Positions 10,704 to 19,474 of a stretch of DNA of 64,000 nt are shown here, piece after piece (positions within the stretch are counted from its first letter, which is position 1; each line of letters begins with the position of its first letter). The stretch covers positions 32,001-96,000 of IMG/VR virus record IMGVR_UViG_3300005676_000020; one strand, written 5' to 3'. A program made the position numbers and the translations under genes. Source of the stretch: a virus. The notes beneath the pieces were generated by a model that worked only from the letters and a program-made list of their open reading frames with translations, searched no databases and was not told where the DNA came from.

Positions 10704-11315
10704 TTATAACAATCTCAGCACCTTGATTGAACCTCCTGTGATTTTCGGAAAGACGTCCCATCCGCCAGGGGCTTGATCTGCGGGAATTCTATCCATCTCC
10801 ACTTGTACATCAAACACTCTGGGTTGAGGTAGCAGTTTGTTTATAAGATATTTGAATGCTTTGCCCTTTTCTGCGCCATACTCATTTCTCATCTTTACCT
10901 CATTGAGTTGTTCAGAGTTAATAGAATCCAGGATGTGAATTACATCCTCTTCATTGAACCTCTTCTCATTAAGAGACTGTGCTGTTTTAAAACCTTCGAG
11001 GAAACCGCAATATGCATAGTCATCGAAGTCATTTACTGCATACTCAGCCGCCAACTCCTCAACATCAACCCATCCAATCTTCTTACAATCTTCTTCTGAT
11101 AAAGCAGAGAAGTCTACTGAAGGTAGTTCAGGAATACCTGCTATAATTTTCTTTTGGTTTCTTTCATCAATGTCGTTGAGGTTATCCACTTGCCAAATTG
11201 TCCATTCACCTGTAGTTAGTTTCTCTGCTACATGGTACGGGAAAATGTCTCGTACATCTGGTTCATAACTAACCAGTATCGGCTGTGGTAACATCATTAT
11301 CAATTGTATATTCAT
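10704..11315 (-). CDS. Hypothetical phage protein
   Basis: ORF; likely start MNIQL. Confidence 0.65.
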   Translation of the reverse strand: MNIQLIMMLPQPILVSYEPDVRDIFPYHVAEKLTTGEWTIWQVDNLNDIDERNQKKIIAGIPELPSVDFSALSEEDCKKIGWVDVEELAAEYAVNDFDDYAYCGFLEGFKTAQSLNEKRFNEEDVIHILDSINSEQLNEVKMRNEYGAEKGKAFKYLINKLLPQPRVFDVQVEMDRIPADQAPGGWDVFPKITGGSIKVLRLL

Positions 11316-11597
11316 AGTCTTTTTTTTATTTAGCACCCTCTTGTCTTATATTGTATGTTTAAGCTCAACGCTCTATACACCTTTATAAGAGTAGGGTCAC
11401 GTAGTTAATAGCAGTTAATTACTCTGCATTTATACTCCAATAAAGCAGTAACATTAACTACTTGCTGAGAACTTGTTCATGTTGTAGAGGTAAGTTGCTG
11501 AAGCGACTCTCTTAGCACTCCTTTCTCAAGGGAACAACACGCTACGTCTTACAACGTATATCCAATTTTTAAAGTGGTTTTCGACATTCAGTCCACT

Positions 11598-11629
11598 ATT
11601 GTTTATTCAAACAATATTTTGTATATTTG
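11598..11629 (+). promoter_or_regulatory. Bacteroidota sigma70-type promoter (ATTG-N20-TATATTTG) for GIY-YIG gene
   Basis: TATATTTG at 11622-11629, ATG after a 4-nt spacer. Confidence 0.7.
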
Positions 11630-11633
11630 TAAT

Positions 11634-12173
11634 ATGAACTCTGGCATTTACAAGATAACTAATACTGTAACAGGAGATTTTTATATTGGTTCCTCATGTC
11701 AATTAAACAGACGTAGGAGAAATCATTTTATATCTCTTGAAAGAAACATTAGTCATTCAAAAATATTACAAAGAGCATATAACAAATATGGTAAAGATAA
11801 TTTGTTTTTTGAAGTATTAGCTATATGTCCAAAAGAATATCTACTAAAACTTGAACAATGGTTTATTAATGAACTTAAACCAAAGTACAACATTTGTAAT
11901 ATAAATCCAAATACAACGGAAGGATATAATCATACTAATGAAGATAAAGCAAAAATGAGACAAATAAAATTATCTCAAAATGCTGTAAAATTATATCAGT
12001 ATAATGATAATCAACAACTTATAAAAGTCTGGGATTGTTGTAATGATTATGCTAACTATTACAAAGTATCACCAGCAGCTTTACATAAAGCATGTAGAAA
12101 GGGTCAGAAATGTGCAGGTTTCAAAGTATCTAAAACACCTATTCACCTGCACGATTTCAGTAACCCTCGTTGA
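11634..12173 (+). CDS. GIY-YIG homing endonuclease with probable NUMOD-type C-terminal DNA-binding region
   Basis: SGIYKITN...FYIGSS, LQRAYNKYG, EQWFI, P.YN; AT-rich; opposite strand to its neighbours. Confidence 0.9.
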   Translation: MNSGIYKITNTVTGDFYIGSSCQLNRRRRNHFISLERNISHSKILQRAYNKYGKDNLFFEVLAICPKEYLLKLEQWFINELKPKYNICNINPNTTEGYNHTNEDKAKMRQIKLSQNAVKLYQYNDNQQLIKVWDCCNDYANYYKVSPAALHKACRKGQKCAGFKVSKTPIHLHDFSNPR

Positions 12174-12526
12174 CTTCTTAGTGTGTTGTATTCTTTAAGA
12201 GATTAGCAGCCTCACTGTTCGTAATACCCTCATTGAATTGTACTATCAGTATGTCAACTACGCCCAGTTTATGGATTATCCCGGGCGAAAATCTATTGTG
12301 TTTGGTAGCCGACCTTTCCGCACCTTATCTAACCCCTGATAGCATCTGCATCACTCGGATTAGGGGCTGACCAATAACACGGTACATTTATGGTCATTTA
12401 ACGGATGGGCTTTAAGCGTCTATAAACCCGGACATCTTACCGCCTAAGCGTCCTGTACCACCTCACACAATAGAGTTTTACTGACATCTTGCTGATCCGC
12501 CCCATGTCAGTCTCTTCATATATAAT

Positions 12527-12559
12527 AAAAAACCCCTCCGGAGAGGGGTCTGTTTTTTT
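12527..12559. terminator. Bidirectional intrinsic terminator after RNR
   Basis: ACCCCTC/GAGGGGT stem flanked by A- and T-tracts. Confidence 0.8.
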
Positions 12560-12570
12560 CAAAGTTGATT

Positions 12571-15500
12571 TTAAGAACCGCATACACCGCCTTTGGTAAG
12601 GTCGCATATGTCAAAGAATTCTTCTTCAAACTCCTGCCCTACAGACAGGATAGCTTCCTTGTATGGTACTGGGGTAAGAGGTTGTCCTCCCCTTGCACCA
12701 TCCGGGTAGCAGGTGAACCCACGAAGTCTGTGAGCGTACTTAGCCAGTACTTTGGCGAAGTTTACTATCTCACCTTCGTTGTTCAGGTCACTACCCCAGG
12801 CCGGTAGATTTATCGTAGAACTAATTGACATGTCAACGTAGTCCTGTAAGTCTGCCTGGAACTTTATCCTTCTTTCGTAATCTGATGCAAGGTCGAGAGC
12901 TGTCTCAATCTTGTCAGGGTTTATTCCGAAGTGGTCTATCATTATTCTCGCCGTACCGTCTACGACGTACTGATATACCCACTGACTTCTTCCTTTTAAA
13001 TATCTCCTCTTATAAGCAACTGCTATCAGAGGTTCTGCACTTGTCGTGGTACCGGCCAGGATGCCAATGCTTCCTGTTGGCGCTATGGCCCTGTTAGCTA
13101 CCGGGCGGCTTATTCCAAGCCTGTCAGAGAACGTTCTTGACACATAGTCGGAGTGGTTCTTGTATACTGTCATCCACTCACGGAGTTCGTCTGTCATCTC
13201 GTACTTGTAGTTGCGCTTAAGCAACCACTCGTGAAGACCCATGAGGCCTAATCCTATCCTCCGGTTCTTCTCTCTCACCTTATATACTTTCTCGTAGGGT
13301 AAGTCGGCTACCATCGTCCCGCATATGAGGAACTTCATGGCGAGCTCAACCACTTCTACAAGCTCTTTTTTGCTTTCTATATTGGCAAAGTTCAAGCTGC
13401 CAAGGTTGCATACGTCACTGTCGTCTTCAGAAGTAACCTCTGTACAATTGGATATAACCACCCCTTCGGCCATGAAAGAGTGCTCCTCAACCTTAACGTC
13501 GCAGCAGTATACATCCTGAACTTCTCCAAGAGACAAATCTGTGATTTTGATGCTGCTTTTGCGGTAAGCTTCGTGGTTCTTGACTTTGAGACGGAAAGTT
13601 GGAATCATTTCTGCAAACTTGCCAATATACGATCCCATCACGTTTAAGAAGTAGCATTCCCCTTCTCCAGTATACCCACTTTTTCCACTCCTGTAGATGT
13701 TGGACAGGATGCCGTAGCTTTCCAGAGATCTCCGAACACCTTGTAAAAAATCGTAGTGTTTGGAACAGAGTCTCACCCTATGTTGTTTGTCACAGTAGCT
13801 ACCGTCAGAGTCGAAAAGGCCTGCCAAGAAGCTAGTATTTGTGAGATTATAAGGAAATTGATCTTTTGCCAACCCCAGGAAGGTTTGAGAAGGGACATAC
13901 ATTCTAGTATAACCTCTTGGTGTCAAAGGATTTATTGATCTGAACAGTGTTTGGTCCATCCGGGTTAAGCACTGCTTCTTTTCATCATTACATAGCGACA
14001 GTTCAGCCCCACCATCTTTTCTGAAACTTCCGTCACCGTATATAAACCCTAAGGTGTATGAGTGTTCATCGAACTTCTCCGGATTGCTTTCAGGAAGGGA
14101 TGTATGAACAACATCTCCGATTTTCAGATCCTTTGCTTTAACTCTTTGTATTTCTGCAAGTTTTCGACGATGTCCTTTCCCAGAATATCTTTCAATAAGA
14201 AATTCGTGGTCAAAGTCAGCCTCTATTTCCCTACCGCCGGTCATCTCTACCATAATAGTGTTGACGCTAGACTTCGTTTTGACAAATCTGGTCTTGGCCC
14301 ACCGTTTGCCTGTCCAAACCTCTACTTCTTTTCCTAAGGTGTCTGATATCTGTTTATACCCCTGATTGGTCAGTATCCAAGTTTTTGCACTGACCGGAGC
14401 ATTCCTTAGCGTCTCCTTCTCTTTTTCGTAGAAGTTGAAGCTGAAACCGGGTTCTCCTGTACTAAGTGCCTGTTTAGCGTTCTCGAGGAACACGCTGCCC
14501 ATGTCTCCGGTTCTCTTATAGTTCTCCAGCCATTCAGTATCGTAGTTCACTGAAATATTGGTCATGTCCAGAGGCGCTGGAAAGTTAAAGTCCTTCTCTT
14601 TGAGGTCACCTATGGTAAGGTCTGTTCCAGATACTTTCATATTGTACCAGTCCTTAGCATGTATAAACTCGTGGACGTCAACGTGTTTCCAATTCAGGCT
14701 GGCGTAAATAGCTGAGCGCCTTGAGCCTCCCTGCATCACCTCCCTGCCAATCTCGTTAATCATCTTCATCTTTGGAACAGGCCCAGATGCCAGTCCCCCG
14801 GTTCTGTTAATAACCGAATTCTTAGGTCTGTACACGGAGTAGTCAGAACCTATACCTCCACCTGTCATTAGACAGGACTCCGCCTTCCAGGAGAGGTTAG
14901 CCCAGTCTTCCCGGGAGTCATTCTCACATTTCAGCAGGAAACAGTTATAAGTGTCTATTCCACCATCAATTACAAACCTTTGGTGTACAGGCTCGTACGG
15001 GCAATAAACTTCATCTTCTCCACAAAACTCAATCTTTACAACTTTAAAACCGTAGAAGTTTTCACCCTCTTGGAAGTTCTGCATGAAGATTTCATGTCCT
15101 TCATAAACCTTACCTCCTAAGTCTACGTCCCTGGTTTGGGATCTAAGTTCCCCAGTTATCACTAACCCAGCAAAAGCCGCATGTTTCCTAAACCACTCCA
15201 GGTTTTCTTTCTTTACAGAGAAAAGTTTTCCAGCGCCACCATCGGCAGCTATCCAACCACGTATGAAGGAGGCTATATACTCCACAGATTTGTTTTCTGG
15301 AAGCTCTTTCCATTTCTCTTTTTTATAGCCAAAATATAAGCAAGGGTCTCCATTTGCCGAATCCGGGTAAGTCACTGTACCCTCTGAGGATAAAAGTTCA
15401 AGATACTTTTTATCCTTCTCTGCACAAAGTCTTAGTTGACCGTTCCTGTTCCCGTCCCCAAAAACAAATCCGTGAGCGAATCCTGCGCTGTCAAACCCTG

Positions 15501-16029
15501 CAGAGAATGTATTAGCAGGTACGACGTCACCAACTCTAAGATCGTAGGTATCGGAGCCGTCTATTAACGGCCAGTGGTGAGTTCTGGTGGCTTTGACTTC
15601 CCAAGTATGGTTCTGGTGACCTCTGAAAGAACAAAATGTTATTCTGTTCAATGCTTGTTTTCCATGATTGTGGAATGTTGCCGGGTAATAATTGCCGTCC
15701 ACGGGGGATAGTACATTTAACGTCTTCCCCACCGAAGATTTTAAACTTACCCAACCACTATCTGTCAAAACGTTGGTATCTCCAGACAAACAGTTGTTAA
15801 AGGCTTTAAAAGGCCTTCCTGCGTAGTAAAGGTACCTGCCACCAGGTATGAACTTCATCTCTGTAATAAGGAGTTTAAGGTGCTCCTTTTCACCCCGGGA
15901 CATTTTATCCCGACAAACGTCTTCTACTAGGACATCGGCTAGCTTATCCCATGTCTCACAACCCTCATGTCTGTACTTGTGGTTGAAAATATCTTCTCCA
16001 AACTTGTTCCTAAAGAAAGATTTCTGCAT
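12571..16029 (-). CDS. nrdJ: Class II (B12-dependent) ribonucleotide reductase with two inteins; 552 aa after splicing
   Basis: FIPGGR, NN|C, GEPG, NA|CTE, VCNLGS, IGLGLMG, APTGS, C-terminal Cys pair; no beta subunit nearby. Confidence 0.9.
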   Translation of the reverse strand: MQKSFFRNKFGEDIFNHKYRHEGCETWDKLADVLVEDVCRDKMSRGEKEHLKLLITEMKFIPGGRYLYYAGRPFKAFNNCLSGDTNVLTDSGWVSLKSSVGKTLNVLSPVDGNYYPATFHNHGKQALNRITFCSFRGHQNHTWEVKATRTHHWPLIDGSDTYDLRVGDVVPANTFSAGFDSAGFAHGFVFGDGNRNGQLRLCAEKDKKYLELLSSEGTVTYPDSANGDPCLYFGYKKEKWKELPENKSVEYIASFIRGWIAADGGAGKLFSVKKENLEWFRKHAAFAGLVITGELRSQTRDVDLGGKVYEGHEIFMQNFQEGENFYGFKVVKIEFCGEDEVYCPYEPVHQRFVIDGGIDTYNCFLLKCENDSREDWANLSWKAESCLMTGGGIGSDYSVYRPKNSVINRTGGLASGPVPKMKMINEIGREVMQGGSRRSAIYASLNWKHVDVHEFIHAKDWYNMKVSGTDLTIGDLKEKDFNFPAPLDMTNISVNYDTEWLENYKRTGDMGSVFLENAKQALSTGEPGFSFNFYEKEKETLRNAPVSAKTWILTNQGYKQISDTLGKEVEVWTGKRWAKTRFVKTKSSVNTIMVEMTGGREIEADFDHEFLIERYSGKGHRRKLAEIQRVKAKDLKIGDVVHTSLPESNPEKFDEHSYTLGFIYGDGSFRKDGGAELSLCNDEKKQCLTRMDQTLFRSINPLTPRGYTRMYVPSQTFLGLAKDQFPYNLTNTSFLAGLFDSDGSYCDKQHRVRLCSKHYDFLQGVRRSLESYGILSNIYRSGKSGYTGEGECYFLNVMGSYIGKFAEMIPTFRLKVKNHEAYRKSSIKITDLSLGEVQDVYCCDVKVEEHSFMAEGVVISNCTEVTSEDDSDVCNLGSLNFANIESKKELVEVVELAMKFLICGTMVADLPYEKVYKVREKNRRIGLGLMGLHEWLLKRNYKYEMTDELREWMTVYKNHSDYVSRTFSDRLGISRPVANRAIAPTGSIGILAGTTTSAEPLIAVAYKRRYLKGRSQWVYQYVVDGTARIMIDHFGINPDKIETALDLASDYERRIKFQADLQDYVDMSISSTINLPAWGSDLNNEGEIVNFAKVLAKYAHRLRGFTCYPDGARGGQPLTPVPYKEAILSVGQEFEEEFFDICDLTKGGVCGS
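13447..14397 (-). mobile_element. Intein 2 (317 aa), Pro1, probable class 3, with LAGLIDADG endonuclease
   Basis: NA|PVSAKTWILT...VYC...VISN|CTE; GFIYGDG and LAGLFDSDG motifs. Confidence 0.85.
14944..15792 (-). mobile_element. Intein 1 (283 aa) with LAGLIDADG endonuclease
   Basis: CLSGDT...TRTHHW...VYC...DTYN|C; GFVFGDG and GWIAADG motifs. Confidence 0.9.
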
Positions 16030-16147
16030 ATTGATTTTAGAGGTTTAAAAGTGAAAGATAAGGTAGAGATTATAAGATATGACAGGAAGAGAAGAGGGCA
16101 AAATATGCCCTCAAATCTTCTCTGTTTACCCACCGAATCTTTCTGAT

Positions 16148-16324
16148 TTACTCCACTGCCAGTGGTCTCGGCTGACTGAATTCAGCCTTAATCTTACCGG
16201 CAAGTTCTTCGAGAGCCTCTATTGCATCTGATAACAGCACAACCGGCTCTCCCTTAAAGTTTATAGGTCCAATCATCTTTGAACTTATCTCTTCTATCTG
16301 AGTTTCTAAAAAAGTGTCAATCAT
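16148..16324 (-). CDS. Small hypothetical protein, 58 aa (MIDTFLETQ...)
   Basis: Manually translated ORF filling the gap between dut and nrdJ. Confidence 0.55.
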   Translation of the reverse strand: MIDTFLETQIEEISSKMIGPINFKGEPVVLLSDAIEALEELAGKIKAEFSQPRPLAVE

Positions 16325-16335
16325 AGCTTATTGTT

Positions 16336-16773
16336 TTAACCACTGTGACCGAATCCTTTATCTCCTCGCCCGGTTTCGTCCAGGTCGTCAACCTTTTCCC
16401 AGACGGCCCTGAACCAGGGACAGATGACACCTTGGGCTATTTTGTCACCCTTCCTAACCTCATGGACGACATTTGAGTTGTTCTCCATGATTATCATCAC
16501 CTCGCCGCGATAGTCCGAATCTATCGTCCCGGGTGAATTGGCAATTCTTACTTTTGTCTTAGACGAGAGTCCACTCCTCGGCCGCACCTGTAGTTCAAAG
16601 CCGGGAGGTATCGACACGCAAACTCCGGTTTTTACCATAGTGACAGTAAAGGGGTTAAGAACAACCCCTTCACTAGCCACAAAATCAAATCCCGAAGACC
16701 CTTCCGTTGCGTATGTTGGAACCTCAGCTCCGTCAAGGGTTTTTATCTTGATTGTTATCCTGTTATCTATCAT
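16336..16773 (-). CDS. dut: Trimeric dUTPase
   Basis: SSGFD, RPRSG, GTIDSDYRGE, IAQ, RGDKGFGHSG. Confidence 0.97.
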   Translation of the reverse strand: MIDNRITIKIKTLDGAEVPTYATEGSSGFDFVASEGVVLNPFTVTMVKTGVCVSIPPGFELQVRPRSGLSSKTKVRIANSPGTIDSDYRGEVMIIMENNSNVVHEVRKGDKIAQGVICPWFRAVWEKVDDLDETGRGDKGFGHSG

Positions 16774-17092
16774 AAAATAGTGGTGAATTTTCGTAGATTC
16801 TTACCGGTCTTTCCACCTTGATAATACACTCGTCTCCTACAACTTTACAATCGACGCCCAACGCTGTGAGCTCCTTCAAGAAATTCTTTTCTATGAAGGA
16901 CGGACTACTCGGATTGTCTACCTCAGCAACATATATTTCGTTCGGTTTTAGTACGTAACCGTACTCCGGTATCCATATCTGCTCTAATTGGTTCTTGCCC
17001 TTAGTGTCCAGGGCGTCTACTTCTTTCTTGCCTGTCTTCTGATGCCTTCTTATGTTCTTCGTGTACGTTAAAAGCCTTTCTAATCTTAACAT
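16763..17092 (-). CDS. Degenerate dCTP deaminase-like protein
   Basis: LDTK..N..IPEYGYVLKP..Y and PVRIY resemble Dcd ends; central catalytic motifs not recognisable. Confidence 0.4.
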   Translation of the reverse strand: MLRLERLLTYTKNIRRHQKTGKKEVDALDTKGKNQLEQIWIPEYGYVLKPNEIYVAEVDNPSSPSFIEKNFLKELTALGVDCKVVGDECIIKVERPVRIYENSPLFYDR

Positions 17093-17093
17093 T

Positions 17094-17561
17094 TTACTGC
17101 ATTGTAGTAACTTCACTTTCTTCAGTGCCCACCGGGACACTGTGTCCACTGTCCTCGGAAGCCTTATCACCCATGCTCTCAGGCATACCTGATGTCAAAG
17201 GTGAGCTCTTTTTCAAGGACTCCTCATAAAACTCAAGAAACTGTTCTGAGTTCTCTACAAAATTCTCACAAAACCACCTAATGTCTTTTGGGTCTGAAAG
17301 GTAGAACTCATAGCTGGTTTCTAACCTCACCCTTTCTTGCTTTTCTCTTCGTTGCGGCCCCTTCTCGAGCTGAACCATGCCAAACTCGTCAATCTTAGGA
17401 ACCATCTGAAAACGCTCCTTTACTTCTCGTGTAAGGAGCAGGATAAAATTCTGTTCTGCATAGAACAGACCGTCTGCGTAGGCGGTATCTTTGTGAAGCG
17501 GCATAAAGCCGTAACTTTCCTGGCCTCTAATAGAGGTCTTGTAAGCATAATACTGTTTCAT
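17094..17561 (-). CDS. Hypothetical phage protein
   Basis: ORF in operon. Confidence 0.7.
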   Translation of the reverse strand: MKQYYAYKTSIRGQESYGFMPLHKDTAYADGLFYAEQNFILLLTREVKERFQMVPKIDEFGMVQLEKGPQRREKQERVRLETSYEFYLSDPKDIRWFCENFVENSEQFLEFYEESLKKSSPLTSGMPESMGDKASEDSGHSVPVGTEESEVTTMQ

Positions 17562-17572
17562 AAAAAACTTAT

Positions 17573-18172
17573 TTAACCCAAAGGTAAGCGTTTTCCAGAA
17601 ACAGAACCAACTTTTTTTACAATTTTCAGGGAAGTTGTTTCTTTTGCTACGTTCGGCGGGTCCATCAGCTCTCCAACCTCTTCAAGATTGTCGACGCCGA
17701 TTTCTTCCGATACGAACTCGTAGTATAGCTCGGGGTACAACGACATGTGAATATGCCGCCCCGGTCTCGGGAGCTTATCTGTGGAAGCTCCATGGAAGGT
17801 TAGTATTCTTTTCTTAACACCTTCCGGGAAAAGGGAATATTTTCCTGCTCTGAACTTGGCCACTGTGTCTTTGATAGACGACAGATTAAACACGTATGCC
17901 TTTCCTCCATCTTCAAGTTCATACATGTGTTCATAGTACGGATTCTTTAGCAGGGTATTTCTTTCAAAGGGCTCATACAGGATTGAGTCAGTCCGTAAAT
18001 AGACTACCAAAAGCCTGTTGTTATCGATACTTTCTTCCTCGCCCCACCACATATAAGTAGACGGGGCGAATGGCTGGTCTCTTGATATCCCCAAAAGGGG
18101 AAACAAGTAGTTCAGACTTTTCTGAAAGTATTCACCGTAAAGGTACTTCTGAGGTTTAATCATCTCACTCAC
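17573..18172 (-). CDS. Hypothetical phage protein (YFQKS..YLFPLLG, F..GKYS)
   Basis: ORF in operon. Confidence 0.7.
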   Translation of the reverse strand: MSEMIKPQKYLYGEYFQKSLNYLFPLLGISRDQPFAPSTYMWWGEEESIDNNRLLVVYLRTDSILYEPFERNTLLKNPYYEHMYELEDGGKAYVFNLSSIKDTVAKFRAGKYSLFPEGVKKRILTFHGASTDKLPRPGRHIHMSLYPELYYEFVSEEIGVDNLEEVGELMDPPNVAKETTSLKIVKKVGSVSGKRLPLG

Positions 18173-18488
18173 ATTTTAAAAGTTCACCGTTCAGGTGTTT
18201 CTCCAGAAGCTTTTCGTACAGCTCTCTGGCACCTGGCACCCGGTCGATATCTATCTCGACCTGGGCGTGAACCTCGGGATGAAGCATTATGACATTCCAC
18301 TCGCACCACCTGTACTCTGGAAACCGTGATTTCGGAAGAATATGATGGAAGAATGTGGTCAATGGCTCATCGCCGAGGTATCTGTTCGTAATCTTGCATC
18401 TCCTGTTCGATTTTTCCCAGATTCTCGTGTAAAAGGCTATATCCTTTTGCCACATTTCCTTATTGTATGGTTTCTTCCTTCTTTTCAC
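18165..18488 (-). CDS. HNH-family nuclease (NinG-like)
   Basis: C..T, FHHILPKS, N...L...H. Confidence 0.7.
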   Translation of the reverse strand: MKRRKKPYNKEMWQKDIAFYTRIWEKSNRRCKITNRYLGDEPLTTFFHHILPKSRFPEYRWCEWNVIMLHPEVHAQVEIDIDRVPGARELYEKLLEKHLNGELLKCE

Positions 18489-19461
18489 TCGTTCCTTTTA
18501 ACACCAGTCCCCTTATCTCCTCGTATAGGTCGGGGTTGTTGGTAAGCATTTCGCTTACAGTCCCGATACCTTGCCCTAATCTTGAACCATTGTAATAGTA
18601 CCAAGACCCCTTTACGTCTATGATACCCATTTCGCTTGCAACCTCCGCAAGCTCGGCGATAGTGTCGATTCCTTTTCCAAACACCACATCGAATTCGGCC
18701 TCCTTATAAGGTACGGAGAGTTTGTTCTTTGAAACTATACATGTAGTACGGTTTAGAACCTTAACATCCGATCCCTTTTCTGCCAATACTTTCTTGGAAA
18801 CGTCAACTACCATGTGTGCATAAAACTTGAGCGCATTTCCTCCGGTGCCGGTTACTGGGCTTCCATACATTACCCCCGGTTTTTCCCGAAGTTGGGTTAT
18901 ATAAATGATCAGGCAGTTATGTTGTGCTGCCAGCGTTACAAATTTAGGAAGGCTTGAACTCATCAACCTGGCTTGTAAGGCCATGGATGCTGTTCCTACC
19001 GGGTCCTCTATTTGCTTTTTCGTGATGAGTGAAGTCTGAGAGTCAAAGACCACGACACCTATTGACCCCGATTTAATGAGTAGCTCGGCTATGTTATAGC
19101 AGGTTTCTGCACCATCCTGGTCAAGCTGACGAATAAGAAGTTCGTCAATGTTCACCCCCAAAGCCTTAGCGTACTTTGCGTCGAAAGAGTTCTCGCCGTC
19201 TACAAGAAGGCATTTAACTCCTCTCTTCTGAGCGTTCGCTATAACATTTAGGGCAATAGTGCTCTTACCGCTTGACTGCCAGCCCTTTAATTCAACGACA
19301 GCCCCTCTTGGAAACCCACCTACGCCGGTGGCTAAGTCCAATTTGAGACTGCCGGTGCTAATAACATCCGGTTTCTGCCTGGCTTCGTTACCAAACATAA
19401 CCGAACCCTCGCCAAATTTTTTTTCTACCTCTTCAAGGTATTTTTTAAGTTGTTTATCCAT
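18460..19461 (-). CDS. recA: RecA recombinase (start MDKQLKK)
   Basis: STGSLKLD, GWQSSGKST, QARLMS, QLREKPG, GGNALKFYA, SKNK. Confidence 0.95.
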   Translation of the reverse strand: MDKQLKKYLEEVEKKFGEGSVMFGNEARQKPDVISTGSLKLDLATGVGGFPRGAVVELKGWQSSGKSTIALNVIANAQKRGVKCLLVDGENSFDAKYAKALGVNIDELLIRQLDQDGAETCYNIAELLIKSGSIGVVVFDSQTSLITKKQIEDPVGTASMALQARLMSSSLPKFVTLAAQHNCLIIYITQLREKPGVMYGSPVTGTGGNALKFYAHMVVDVSKKVLAEKGSDVKVLNRTTCIVSKNKLSVPYKEAEFDVVFGKGIDTIAELAEVASEMGIIDVKGSWYYYNGSRLGQGIGTVSEMLTNNPDLYEEIRGLVLKGTSEKKEETIQ

Positions 19462-19474
19462 AAAATAAAGGTAG

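Larger units (their letters stand above)
11335..12515 (-). ncRNA. Large ornate structured ncRNA candidate (ROOL/GOLLD-like size), interrupted by a homing endonuclease gene
   Basis: Two ORF-free arms packed with nested helices (e.g. 12292-12301/12465-12474, 12480-12487/12504-12511, 11401-11409/11453-11461); G-U wobbles mostly favour the minus strand. Confidence 0.65.

Noticed and set aside
11335-12515. Group I intron carrying the GIY-YIG gene
   Set aside because: No interrupted host gene on either side, a terminator precedes it, and no P7/R-S consensus was recognised; retained as an ncRNA candidate instead
16030-16147. Cobalamin riboswitch upstream of nrdJ
   Set aside because: Only a single hairpin (GAGGGCA/TGCCCTC); too short and no B12-box recognised
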